Positions 1-7,695 are shown, counted from the stretch's first letter. The stretch is DNA of 58,714 nt from a virus (IMGVR_UViG_3300043399_000459:1-58714), one strand, 5' to 3'. Numbers and translations: made by a program. Notes: a model not told the origin generated them from the letters alone.

Positions 1-163
1 TGACATGGTGGTCCTCCGTTGCTGATGGCTTCCTACGCCACGTTCAATCGGCGGTTGCAAGAGGCTAGTTATCCCTGAATGCTGAGAGGGCAGATGCGAT
101 AGCCCACGTTCAGCACTGTGCCATTGCCATACTGGCACATGTGATCCCCGTTCTGATACCACT
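1..163. repeat. Terminal direct repeat / circular assembly overlap, left copy
   Basis: 1-163 matches 58552-58714 except for one base (pos 36 C vs 58587 T). Confidence 0.97.
18..60 (-). promoter_or_regulatory. Early promoter/leader motif, copy 1 (divergent)
   Basis: Minus strand TTGCAA...TCAGCAAC-GGAGG upstream of the ATG of the 58261-58557 gene, with the same spacing as the other copies. Confidence 0.6.
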
Positions 164-251
164 GCGCAACGAGATAGTAGGTCATGGCGTGTGCCGGGGT
201 AGCTGCCAGCACGGCAGCGGCGAGAGCGATTGCTTTGATGACGTTACGCAT
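69..251 (-). CDS. Small secreted protein (signal peptide ending AHA, two Cys)
   Basis: MRNVIKAIALAAAVLAATPAHA signal peptide; AGGAG RBS upstream. Confidence 0.8.
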   Translation of the reverse strand: MRNVIKAIALAAAVLAATPAHAMTYYLVAQWYQNGDHMCQYGNGTVLNVGYRICPLSIQG

Positions 252-266
252 TGTTAGTCTCCTTGA

Positions 267-350
267 TTAAAACCTGATCTCATCATCGGCCCAGTCGTAA
301 ACGTCCCAACCGAATTGCTCCCATATCCACTGGCGCAGGGCGGGCGTCAT
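267..350 (-). CDS. 27-aa Trp/acidic peptide, copy A (MTPALRQWIWEQFGWDVYDWADDEIRF)
   Basis: Hand-translated. The paralog at 1596-1679 differs only synonymously over the last 23 codons; ATGA coupling to the upstream ORF. Confidence 0.8.
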   Translation of the reverse strand: MTPALRQWIWEQFGWDVYDWADDEIRF

Positions 351-418
351 GGGGTCCATTCATCCCTTGCTTCCAGCTTCGGCATCAGCACATCGGCGCG
401 GGCTTGTAGGTCAGTCAT
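347..418 (-). CDS. 23-aa micro-ORF
   Basis: ATGA overlaps at both ends fill the gap in the operon. Confidence 0.45.
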   Translation of the reverse strand: MTDLQARADVLMPKLEARDEWTP

Positions 419-639
419 TTCAGATGATCCCCCCCTTCGATGGCTTCGGCTATATCGGCAGGCGCTACGTAATCCGGCCAATCGTCCAGACGAAACCGTA
501 GCCATTCAACGATGTTGCCACGCTCTTGCTCGACACCATCATCTTTACCTTGGCGATACCAATACTCGGCTAGGGCTTGTAGGTCGGCTAGGGCTTGTAG
601 GTCGGGCGCGTACTGGTCTTCGTGTGCTGTGCTAGTCAT
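415..639 (-). CDS. Hypothetical early protein
   Basis: ORF in a translationally coupled chain; internal DLQALA duplication. Confidence 0.7.
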   Translation of the reverse strand: MTSTAHEDQYAPDLQALADLQALAEYWYRQGKDDGVEQERGNIVEWLRFRLDDWPDYVAPADIAEAIEGGDHLK

Positions 640-899
640 GGCTTGCTCCTGTGTTCGCCGTTGCGGATGAAAACCTGCATCACGTGCGCCTTCATCTCGG
701 GATGCGCCTGCATGAAAGCTAACACGGCCTCCCGTTCCTCCCGCTCTATCTCGGGGCGCATCGCTTCGATTGCGGCGGTGGCTTCTGGCGTGTAGTTAAG
801 CCATTCGTTGTCCTCGACGGGAATAGCATCAGCTCCGTAGAGGTCTTTATGCATGGCTATAACAATCGCCCGCGCGACCTTCTCGACCAGTTCAGTCAT
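636..899 (-). CDS. Hypothetical early protein (MTELVEKVARAI...)
   Basis: Typical phage VEKVARA...EATAAIEAM module; GAGG RBS. Confidence 0.75.
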   Translation of the reverse strand: MTELVEKVARAIVIAMHKDLYGADAIPVEDNEWLNYTPEATAAIEAMRPEIEREEREAVLAFMQAHPEMKAHVMQVFIRNGEHRSKP

Positions 900-1038
900 C
901 GCTTCGCTTCCTCTCAATGGTAAATGACTGGCTTTCGTCATCGTCACGAACCACGGTGAAGCTGATTATTCGGAAGTCCGGGTTCTCCTTGGCGATGCGT
1001 CGGCAAAGGATGATGAGTCCGTGTTCTGGTTCAGTCAT
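892..1038 (-). CDS. 48-aa hypothetical protein
   Basis: Hand-translated; overlaps both neighbours. Confidence 0.55.
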   Translation of the reverse strand: MTEPEHGLIILCRRIAKENPDFRIISFTVVRDDDESQSFTIERKRSDD

Positions 1039-1264
1039 CGCTCAGTTCCTTCAAGAGTTCGGTGAGGCCGCAGTCGCAGGGGGATGGGTTGGGCCAAACT
1101 ATGCCGCTGGCACACCCATCGTCATGCACCGCATAGCCTTTCAGCTTTTCGAGCGCGTCGGCGGCTTGATGGCAGGTTCCAACGTCAATAAAGCGGACGA
1201 ACTTCCCTTTATCGCGTTCCATGATTTCGGCGTGTCCGCGCAGCCGTTCAATCAGTCCCGGCAT
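1031..1264 (-). CDS. Hypothetical protein with H-x3-C...CDC metal-binding motif
   Basis: AAGGAG RBS before MPGLIERLR. Confidence 0.7.
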   Translation of the reverse strand: MPGLIERLRGHAEIMERDKGKFVRFIDVGTCHQAADALEKLKGYAVHDDGCASGIVWPNPSPCDCGLTELLKELSDD

Positions 1265-1586
1265 CTGGCGTCTCCTTGGTTGCTTCGTTAGGAAATACTG
1301 CCAGCCTGCACTTGATAGCCCAGCGCCCATCTTCGGTTCGCCTCATATAGGGACGCATGCGCCATGCGATCTGCTCGGCATCTTCCACGTACCCTTCCAA
1401 TCCGGCCATAAATAGCCGCACCGCCTCGGCGTGCCCCTTTGCAGAAGGAACAGTGTCGCCTTCGTCCAAGACGCCAAGCAGACCAAAAGACACGTACGGA
1501 ATGCCAAAGCAGTGATTGGTCGATGGCCCATCAAACTGCAGGGCGTCAGTCTGCAACGCGAAAACGCTGTTCAGGTCTTCGTCCAT
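1248..1586 (-). CDS. Hypothetical protein
   Basis: GGAGG RBS; 112-aa ORF. Confidence 0.7.
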   Translation of the reverse strand: MDEDLNSVFALQTDALQFDGPSTNHCFGIPYVSFGLLGVLDEGDTVPSAKGHAEAVRLFMAGLEGYVEDAEQIAWRMRPYMRRTEDGRWAIKCRLAVFPNEATKETPDAGTD

Positions 1587-1595
1587 AGCTTCCTC

Positions 1596-1679
1596 CTAAA
1601 ACCTAATTTCATCATCGGCCCAGTCGTAAACATCCCAGCCGAATTGTTCCCATATCCACTGGCGCAGGGTGTCAGACAT
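1596..1679 (-). CDS. 27-aa Trp/acidic peptide, copy B (MSDTLRQWIWEQFGWDVYDWADDEIRF)
   Basis: Hand-translated; paralog of 267-350. Confidence 0.8.
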   Translation of the reverse strand: MSDTLRQWIWEQFGWDVYDWADDEIRF

Positions 1680-1764
1680 TGCGCCTGCCATCCCCATAGC
1701 CTGCCCAGTATCCGATCACCACGCACAGGGCGCAGACGATCCATGCGACGGCGGGGTCAGTCAT
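1672..1764 (-). CDS. 30-aa single-TM micro-protein
   Basis: MTDPAVAWIVCALCVVIGYWAG hydrophobic segment; overlaps both neighbours. Confidence 0.5.
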   Translation of the reverse strand: MTDPAVAWIVCALCVVIGYWAGYGDGRRNV

Positions 1765-2071
1765 GGTCGGGGCCTTTCAAACAGTAGATGGCAATGTCCT
1801 TGGCAGTCATGCCCGCCCATTTTGGTTCACGCTCTGGGCCTCGGTCTAGGATCGCGTTGAAGCCCTCCCGCAGCCGCTTATTCTCGGCAGCTTCATCTCG
1901 GTAACGCGCCTCCCAGTAGCGGCCACCATGCTCTTCTAATGCTTTTTCAAGCAGAACAATACGCGCTGCCTGCTGCCCAATCCTAGCCGCAGCCTTGTCG
2001 CACACAAGCTGGCTTTTTGTGACCGGGAGCCGGTGTGCCGTTAGCAGCAGTTCAATCAGATCGTCGGTCAT
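1757..2071 (-). CDS. Hypothetical coiled-coil early protein
   Basis: MTDDLIE...AAARI module; GGAG RBS. Confidence 0.7.
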   Translation of the reverse strand: MTDDLIELLLTAHRLPVTKSQLVCDKAAARIGQQAARIVLLEKALEEHGGRYWEARYRDEAAENKRLREGFNAILDRGPEREPKWAGMTAKDIAIYCLKGPDHD

Positions 2072-2346
2072 TGCGTGTCTCCCAGTGCGGCGCGGGCGAT
2101 GTCGCACCAGTTGCCGTAGCGGTGTGCCAAGACGTTTTCCAACGCCTCCCGCAGCCGCTCGATCTCGCGGGCTTGGGTTTCGATTAGGTCAGCATCCTGC
2201 GCGATCAGGTTGTCCATAATTTTGCTACGTTCTTCGGACATTACTGCTCTCTCCTCTAGTGCTGCTGCAATTGCCCTGAAGCCGCAATACACGGTGCCGC
2301 CAAACAGCGCGGCTAGGATTAATACGATCCACATCCAGTCAGTCAT
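2068..2346 (-). CDS. Hypothetical protein with N-terminal TM segment
   Basis: 92-aa ORF; possible internal start at 2241 with its own RBS. Confidence 0.65.
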   Translation of the reverse strand: MTDWMWIVLILAALFGGTVYCGFRAIAAALEERAVMSEERSKIMDNLIAQDADLIETQAREIERLREALENVLAHRYGNWCDIARAALGDTQ

Positions 2347-2668
2347 GGCTCTCTCCTAGTGCTGCGCGGGCTGCATTTAGAGGATACGGGGCATCGGGCA
2401 GCGCCATCCAGTGTGAGTAGTCGGTGATGCTCCACCCCTGCTCGCAGTCGGTATGAATGTCTCCGGTTTCATCATCCAGCCAGACGACATGATATTCCCA
2501 CCAGTGGCCCCCGTTTTTATGGCGAACCTCAATCGCGGCAAGGAACCAGTCGTCATCAGGTGCGGTTCCGATAGGCTTCCACTTAGTCAGCCGCTCAACA
2601 TCCAATGCTGCTTCGGTGTAATCGACCTTCCACTGCTCGATCTCGCGGGCTTGGGTTTCGATTAGGTC
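2157..2668. repeat. 34-bp direct repeat (2157-2190 and 2635-2668) encoding DLIETQAREIE
   Basis: GCTCGATCTCGCGGGCTTGGGTTTCGATTAGGTC is identical at both sites. Confidence 0.9.
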
Positions 2669-2770
2669 GGCGGCTTCTCCCCCGTCCCGATTGTATGGCA
2701 GGCCCGCGAGAAGACTATCGGCTAGTTTTTCTCGCAGCCGCTTAATCAGTTCCTCGCTCATCTCATTCAC
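2339..2770 (-). CDS. DUF551-like protein
   Basis: WKPIGTAP...SHWMALPDAP signature. Confidence 0.75.
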   Translation of the reverse strand: MNEMSEELIKRLREKLADSLLAGLPYNRDGGEAADLIETQAREIEQWKVDYTEAALDVERLTKWKPIGTAPDDDWFLAAIEVRHKNGGHWWEYHVVWLDDETGDIHTDCEQGWSITDYSHWMALPDAPYPLNAARAALGESHD

Positions 2771-3038
2771 TCCTAATCCCAGCGCGATTGCTAACAGTGC
2801 CGTCGCCGTAGCCGTTGCCGTTGCCGTAGCCGTCGCCGTAGCCGTTGCCGTAGCCGTCGCCGTTGCCGTAGCCGTAGCCGTAGCCGTAGCCGTAGCCGTA
2901 GCCGTAGCCGTAGCCGTAGCCGTAGCCGTCGCCGTCGCCGTAGCCGTTGCCGTAGCCGTAGCCGTAGCCGTAGCCGTTGCCGTTGCCGTTGCCGTCGCCG
3001 TTGCCGTAGCCTATCGGCCTAAAGATAGTGGAGGCCAT
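2763..3038 (-). CDS. Gly-rich (G-Y/N/D)n repeat protein
   Basis: About 35 GX dipeptides; ATG overlaps the stop of the upstream gene (TGATG). Confidence 0.75.
   Translation of the reverse strand: MASTIFRPIGYGNGDGNGNGNGYGYGYGYGNGYGDGDGYGYGYGYGYGYGYGYGYGYGNGDGYGNGYGDGYGNGNGYGDGTVSNRAGIRSE
2799..3011. repeat. 6-bp tandem array (GCCGTN), about 35 units
   Basis: Directly visible. Confidence 0.95.
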
Positions 3039-3340
3039 CACAGCCCCCATCCATCTGGCACTGGAACACTAAACACTTCCGCGCCCTGTGGGATGTCAAC
3101 GTCTGCGATCTTGCGCAGGTCTGCCTTGGCCTTCTTCGGGTCATCAACGACGGCGGCAAAGCCGACGCCCGCCCAGCGGAAAACGTGCAGGGCATTGGCG
3201 AGATGGATACGTCCATTCTCGCGGGTCACGTCACCAGCGAAAATCCAGCCACGGTCCACCACGACAACAGCGCGGGTGCCGGTCGGCTTGCTGCTTGCGG
3301 GGATGTATTCAATTCCGTTCACGGTGATTTTGTCAGTCAT
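3038..3340 (-). CDS. DUF6948-like protein
   Basis: VVVVDRGWIFAG...LANALHVFRWAG motif, usually seen upstream of GY-repeat genes. Confidence 0.65.
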   Translation of the reverse strand: MTDKITVNGIEYIPASSKPTGTRAVVVVDRGWIFAGDVTRENGRIHLANALHVFRWAGVGFAAVVDDPKKAKADLRKIADVDIPQGAEVFSVPVPDGWGL

Positions 3341-3459
3341 TGGTTTGCTCCTTTGCTCAGTTCGTTGCTCAGTTCTTCCAACATATCCGCAGCGCGCAGG
3401 ATGTCGGCGTTGTCCCAGTTGCGGCGCAGGCGCTCGGCTAGGGCTTTAGGGTCGGTCAT
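3337..3459 (-). CDS. 40-aa micro-ORF (MTDPKALAERLRR...)
   Basis: Hand-translated; ATGA-coupled on both sides. Confidence 0.6.
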   Translation of the reverse strand: MTDPKALAERLRRNWDNADILRAADMLEELSNELSKGANQ

Positions 3460-3671
3460 GTCGTCTGCTCCATGGCTTGGCGGTGGACGATCGCCTTGAC
3501 GCTGCGCCGCCTGTCATGCGTCAGCCTGCGCTCGGCCACCGGCAGCGCCAGAGCCTCGCTCAGCGCGTCGACGACGCAACTGAACGTCTTCTCGGTGCCG
3601 TAGGGCGTCCTGTAGACCAGCATGCAGGCGTAGCGCCGCGTCGGCGCGTCGTGGAACCTGTGCCTCCTCAT
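3456..3671 (-). CDS. Hypothetical protein
   Basis: ATGA-coupled ORF. Confidence 0.65.
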   Translation of the reverse strand: MRRHRFHDAPTRRYACMLVYRTPYGTEKTFSCVVDALSEALALPVAERRLTHDRRRSVKAIVHRQAMEQTT

Positions 3672-3832
3672 CTCTCGCCCTCCGTCAGCAGGTGCCGCAT
3701 GCCGAGGCGCTCGGCCTCAGCCAGCAGGTGGCGGTAGCGCCGGCGTGCCAGCTCCAGTTGCTCGGGCAGCACCCTGCGCCTGTAGCGCAGGTAGTGCCGC
3801 TCGCGCGTCTCTCGTGCGGCCTCGTCGGTCAC
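3668..3832 (-). CDS. Hypothetical Arg-rich protein
   Basis: GTG start overlapping the upstream stop. Confidence 0.55.
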   Translation of the reverse strand: MTDEAARETRERHYLRYRRRVLPEQLELARRRYRHLLAEAERLGMRHLLTEGER

Positions 3833-4044
3833 GTGATCAGGCCCCGGGCGCGACAGGACTGCTCGAGATGGTAGGGTGCAGTGCCCCACAGCCCCGCAGT
3901 CTGGTCCCAGAGGCGGCACAGGGCGCGCAGGCGGGCGCCAGAGGCCCTGACTGCCTTGCGCAGCTCCTCGGCCTCCCTGAGCGCCTCTACGGCCTCTGTG
4001 AGGACGTCCAGCTCAGTGTGGGTGCGTGTCAAAGTGTCAGACAT
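3829..4044 (-). CDS. Hypothetical protein
   Basis: GGAGG RBS before MSDTLTR. Confidence 0.65.
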   Translation of the reverse strand: MSDTLTRTHTELDVLTEAVEALREAEELRKAVRASGARLRALCRLWDQTAGLWGTAPYHLEQSCRARGLIT

Positions 4045-4435
4045 CGTCGCGCCCTCCCTGCTCGAACTGCTCCAGCCACTCCAGCCACTCGTTGGCGTCG
4101 TGTGCGACGTCGCCGAAGATGTGGCCAACGTGCTCGCCGTGCACGCTGGCCAGCAGGCACAGGCGGCGCAGGATGGCCTCGGCGGTCTCGACCTCGCGGG
4201 TCAGTTGTGCGTTGTCGTCCCTGAGATCCGCGACGGTGAGGCGGGTGTCGTCGAGCACACGCTCGAACTCTTTGTTCTCACGCTCGAGCGCAGTGATGTC
4301 GTCGAGGTCGGCGCAGTCCTGCAGGCGCTCGCCGAGGACGATCGCCAACTCGTTGCCGCTGTGGCGCGCTTCCTCGATGAGGCGCAGGTTGCTCTCTGAC
4401 CGCCAGTAGGTGCGGTCGTATGCGGTGATGGTCAT
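4037..4435 (-). CDS. Hypothetical coiled-coil protein
   Basis: First gene after the repeated promoter; GGAG RBS. Confidence 0.8.
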   Translation of the reverse strand: MTITAYDRTYWRSESNLRLIEEARHSGNELAIVLGERLQDCADLDDITALERENKEFERVLDDTRLTVADLRDDNAQLTREVETAEAILRRLCLLASVHGEHVGHIFGDVAHDANEWLEWLEQFEQGGRDDV

Positions 4436-4457
4436 GTCGTTGTCTCCGTAGTGACGT

Positions 4458-4500
4458 GTTGCTGAGAAGCCCTACATACCAGTTCAACCGGGGGTTGCAA
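4458..4500 (-). promoter_or_regulatory. Early promoter/leader motif, copy 2
   Basis: TTGCAA-N16-TATGTA-GGGCTTCTCAGCAAC. Confidence 0.75.
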
Positions 4501-4509
4501 CACCTTTTT

Positions 4510-4878
4510 TCACTTTTTCTTTGGGAACACGCCCGGCGTCTTGGGTGGCGGCAGGACGATGATCGGCTCGACGATGCCGCCGTGGTGTGTGATCAGGCGG
4601 TTGATCGCGTCGACCGGCACGCGCATGTAGAGGTTGCTGTCGCGCGCCTCCCTGTAGGGCATGAGCGAGCGCAGGACGACCTTGGGGCTCATGACCTCGA
4701 CGTGCGTCCACGGGCCCGTGTCGCTCTTCGGCTCGCAGTAGTGCGTGCGCGACGCCTGAAGGCTGATGGTCAGCCCCTTGGCGCAGCGCAGGTGGGGCAC
4801 GACGGCGTGGCCGACCGTGCCGGGTGTCTTGTCCGCCTTTATGCGGCGCAGGTACTCGTTGGCGTAGTCAAAGGGCAT
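4510..4878 (-). CDS. Hypothetical phage protein (SLQASRTHYCEP motif)
   Basis: Recognisable phage motif ...SxQAS..HYC.P...VP...I...I..HGG. Confidence 0.7.
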   Translation of the reverse strand: MPFDYANEYLRRIKADKTPGTVGHAVVPHLRCAKGLTISLQASRTHYCEPKSDTGPWTHVEVMSPKVVLRSLMPYREARDSNLYMRVPVDAINRLITHHGGIVEPIIVLPPPKTPGVFPKKK

Positions 4879-5407
4879 CGACTTCGTCCCAGTCAATCTG
4901 GAAGGACACGTTCAGCTCCTTGAGCTGCGCGATCGTCATGGCGTTGAGCACGCAGGTGAGCCGCTTGCGCAGCTTGACGATCTGCTCGTCGCGCGCGTTC
5001 AGGAGTCGGCTCAGGCGGGTCACGTCGGCCTGCAAAGCGTTGTTGGTCTCGACCAGCCGCTCGTACTGCGCCACCTTCTGCTCAAGCTGCCACTCGAGCA
5101 TCTCGACCTGACTAGTTCCGGGCGTGTCCTCAATGAGAGGCTCCGGCTTGGGCCGGTACTCGTCCGGCATGTCGAGGGCGGCGCGGATGAGTTCGACGAT
5201 TTCGTTGCAGGCGCGCCGGCCAATACCCTTCTGTTTCTTCAACGTGCCGTCCAACAAAAGCCTCTCAGCGTCGAGCAGCGTCTTCGCGCCGAGGTTGTCC
5301 AACGCACGCAGCGTTCGCACGGACAACTCGCAATCCTTGAGCCAGACGCCCCGCAGCACGTCGTCGTTGGACTTGATCATCTCGTTGAGCTTGATGTCTA
5401 CGGCCAT
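4868..5407 (-). CDS. RNA polymerase alpha-CTD-like domain plus coiled coil
   Basis: ELSVRTLRALDNLGAKTLLD...KKQKGIGRRACNEI resembles the RpoA CTD (ELSVRSxNCL...NFGxKSLxEI). Confidence 0.7.
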   Translation of the reverse strand: MAVDIKLNEMIKSNDDVLRGVWLKDCELSVRTLRALDNLGAKTLLDAERLLLDGTLKKQKGIGRRACNEIVELIRAALDMPDEYRPKPEPLIEDTPGTSQVEMLEWQLEQKVAQYERLVETNNALQADVTRLSRLLNARDEQIVKLRKRLTCVLNAMTIAQLKELNVSFQIDWDEVDAL

Positions 5408-5408
5408 G

Positions 5409-5672
5409 TCAGTTGCTCCCTTGTTGGATGGACAGCGCCTCGGCGAACACCGCCTCACGCAGATCCTGTACGATCTTGATGCGGACGTAGTGCGTCTCGC
5501 GGTCGGCGTGCAGGCGCTCGGTCTCGCCGGGGTAGTCGCGCCCGTTAGGTGTGGCGGCCCTGAGTGCGCCAACCAGCGCGTCACAGGCGTCGATGATCGC
5601 ACGCCGCTGGTCGACCAGATCGACGCGGCTGGTGCCGTTGTTGTTGACGGCGGGGCGGATGGTGGCGGTCAT
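5409..5672 (-). CDS. Hypothetical protein (NNNGTSR...PNGRDY)
   Basis: First gene after the promoter; GAGGAG RBS. Confidence 0.8.
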   Translation of the reverse strand: MTATIRPAVNNNGTSRVDLVDQRRAIIDACDALVGALRAATPNGRDYPGETERLHADRETHYVRIKIVQDLREAVFAEALSIQQGSN

Positions 5673-5695
5673 GGTGTAAGTGCTCCTCGCGTGTA

Positions 5696-5737
5696 TTGCT
5701 GAGAAGCCCTACATAGCATGTACACCTGCGGTTGCAA
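5696..5737 (-). promoter_or_regulatory. Early promoter/leader motif, copy 3
   Basis: TTGCAA-N16-TATGTA-GGGCTTCTCAGCAA. Confidence 0.75.
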
Positions 5738-5799
5738 TAGATTTTTTTCATAGGCGGACGGACAAATTAAAAGCGCAGAAGGCGCATGTCTGTCCGGTG

Positions 5800-5828
5800 T
5801 TGCCGTGCGGCAGACAGACATGCTATAT
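5800..5828 (+). promoter_or_regulatory. Sigma70-type promoter for the AAA gene, overlapped by an inverted repeat
   Basis: TTGCCG-N17-CTATAT; CATGTCTGTC (5785-5794) / GACAGACATG (5813-5822) inverted repeat. Confidence 0.55.
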
Positions 5829-5856
5829 GGCGTCCGTCCTTAACACGGAGATTGAT

Positions 5857-6966
5857 ATGTGGACCGGAGATAGACTTGTATCCAACCCTTTGGTGGTGTT
5901 GCAGAATGCCGCAGAAACTAGGGACGTGCTGCGCGGCCTTGTGCCGGATAGGGGCATCACATGGCTGTATGGCTCGTCCATGAGCTTCAAGACGTTTGTC
6001 GCTATGTCGATGGCGGCGGCGATGTCCGACGAGCGCCCGTGGATGGGGCGCCAGACCGAGTCGGCGTTTGTGGTGTATCTTGGCGCAGAGGGCGGCAATG
6101 CGTTGCACATTCGGCGCGCTGCGGCGGAGTTGGATGCGGGGGCGTCCGGGCCGATGTACGTCGTGCAGGAGCGGCCTCAGCTTGACACGAGGTTCGGGGC
6201 TTTGCGTCTGCGCGGTATCCTTGCCGGGTTGACTGGCTTGTACCGCGGGGAGACGTACGAGGACATCGAGGAGGACGCGGTTTTCAGCGGCGCGTTTGCG
6301 AAATATGATGACGTCGGTGCGTGGGCGGAGGCGGACACGGCGGCGACTGTCGTGTGTTTCATTGACACGTACTCGCAGACGTCCGGCGGGGACGACAAGG
6401 CCAACGTGGCAGCCTACATCAAGAACCTTCGCGACTTGATTGACGCGGCTGCGCAGGAGGATTGGCGGCTGGCGTTTGTGGTGATCGACCACGCGACCAA
6501 GACTGGCGGGAGTTACATGGGCAGCGTCGCGAAGCTCAACGACGTGGACAGCCAAATTGAGGTGTTGCGCGCGTCCTCGGCCTACCGGGCTGTCCTGCAC
6601 CAGCGCAAGACGAAGGACGGCGTCGAGAGTAAGCCGCTAGACGTGGAGTTGGTACCCTTCGTGCTGGAGGGCTTCACAGACGCCTATGGGGACCCGCTCA
6701 GCACGTTGGTGGTCCGAGATGGCACCAAGGCCGCCCGGCTTGCTGAAGTCGCTGACGGGAAGGCTGGGGTGCTGCTCGGGCTGATCTTCAACCAAGGCGG
6801 CAGCGTGACGGACACCCAACTGCGTAGGCTGTTTGCGGAGGACAGCTCGAACGAGGGTATCAAGGCGGACAGCGTCAGCAAGGCGTATCGTCGATGCAAG
6901 GAAACCCTGCTCGACGGTGGCATGATTTCGGAGGCGGACGGGATCATCAACATCGGACACGGGTAG
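5857..6966 (+). CDS. RepA-like (AAA_25/SF4-type) helicase/ATPase, second copy
   Basis: LYGSSMSFKT Walker A, VYLGAEG, FIDT Walker B, IDHATK, RKTKDG; GGAG RBS before ATG 5857. Confidence 0.8.
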   Translation: MWTGDRLVSNPLVVLQNAAETRDVLRGLVPDRGITWLYGSSMSFKTFVAMSMAAAMSDERPWMGRQTESAFVVYLGAEGGNALHIRRAAAELDAGASGPMYVVQERPQLDTRFGALRLRGILAGLTGLYRGETYEDIEEDAVFSGAFAKYDDVGAWAEADTAATVVCFIDTYSQTSGGDDKANVAAYIKNLRDLIDAAAQEDWRLAFVVIDHATKTGGSYMGSVAKLNDVDSQIEVLRASSAYRAVLHQRKTKDGVESKPLDVELVPFVLEGFTDAYGDPLSTLVVRDGTKAARLAEVADGKAGVLLGLIFNQGGSVTDTQLRRLFAEDSSNEGIKADSVSKAYRRCKETLLDGGMISEADGIINIGHG

Positions 6967-7037
6967 GCCGGACACGAGACTACCCACACCCCCCCCCTAA
7001 AGGGGGGTGCGGTATGTCCGTCCGTCCGTCTTCCGCC
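6955..7037. other. Origin-like palindromic element
   Basis: CGGACA x2, C9-TAAA-G6 hairpin, then TGTCCG-TCCG-TCCG, directly after the helicase-like gene. Confidence 0.5.
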
Positions 7038-7194
7038 CAAGTGAGGTGCTTTTTTGCAATTTGTAAACGCTAAGTTGCAGCATCAGGTTGGTGTGACTCG
7101 TGCTGTATACTTGAGGTTGCAATCTTGCGGTCCCTTCGTGCAGGTGTTACATCGGGGGTTGAGTAATGCCTGCACAAGGATTGCGGAGCGGACT

Positions 7195-7695
7195 GTGGCC
7201 ACACCGATTAAGAAAACACCGGAATTGATTGAGCGGGTGCTCAGTCGCATCGCAATGGGCGAGACCCTTGCGGCGATCGCGAGGGACTTGGATTTCCATC
7301 CGGTGACGTGGAGCCAGTGGGTGGCCGCCGACGAGACCCTAAACATCGCACACCAGCGCGCACGGGCCGTCGGTGCCGACGTCATCGCGGACGACATCCT
7401 TGCCATCATCGACCAAGAGCCTGAGATGATCACTGGCGAGGGGGCAGCCCCGCGTCGCGACAGCGGCTACGTCGCGTGGCAGAAGGCCCGCGCCGAGACG
7501 CGCCTCAAGCTGCTCGCGAAGTGGCACCCCACTAAGTATGGCGACAAGCAGCAGGTCGAGCACAGCGGCCCGGGTGGCGCGCCGATCCAGATCGCCAACA
7601 CAGCCGGCGTCGCAACGGCCGCCGTTCGCGAGCTGCGTCAACTGCGGCTCAAGACTGGCGAGCTGCCCCCACCGGACGGCACCGACCTGCTGTGA
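7195..7695 (+). CDS. terS: Terminase small subunit
   Basis: HTH (IAMGETLAAIARD), RLKLLAKWHPTKYGDK, VEHSGPGGAPI; directly before terL. Confidence 0.85.
   Translation: MATPIKKTPELIERVLSRIAMGETLAAIARDLDFHPVTWSQWVAADETLNIAHQRARAVGADVIADDILAIIDQEPEMITGEGAAPRRDSGYVAWQKARAETRLKLLAKWHPTKYGDKQQVEHSGPGGAPIQIANTAGVATAAVRELRQLRLKTGELPPPDGTDLL

Noticed and set aside
2691-3449. Plus-strand 252-aa (AV)n ORF
   Set aside because: Antisense shadow of the GY-repeat gene; all neighbouring genes are on the minus strand.
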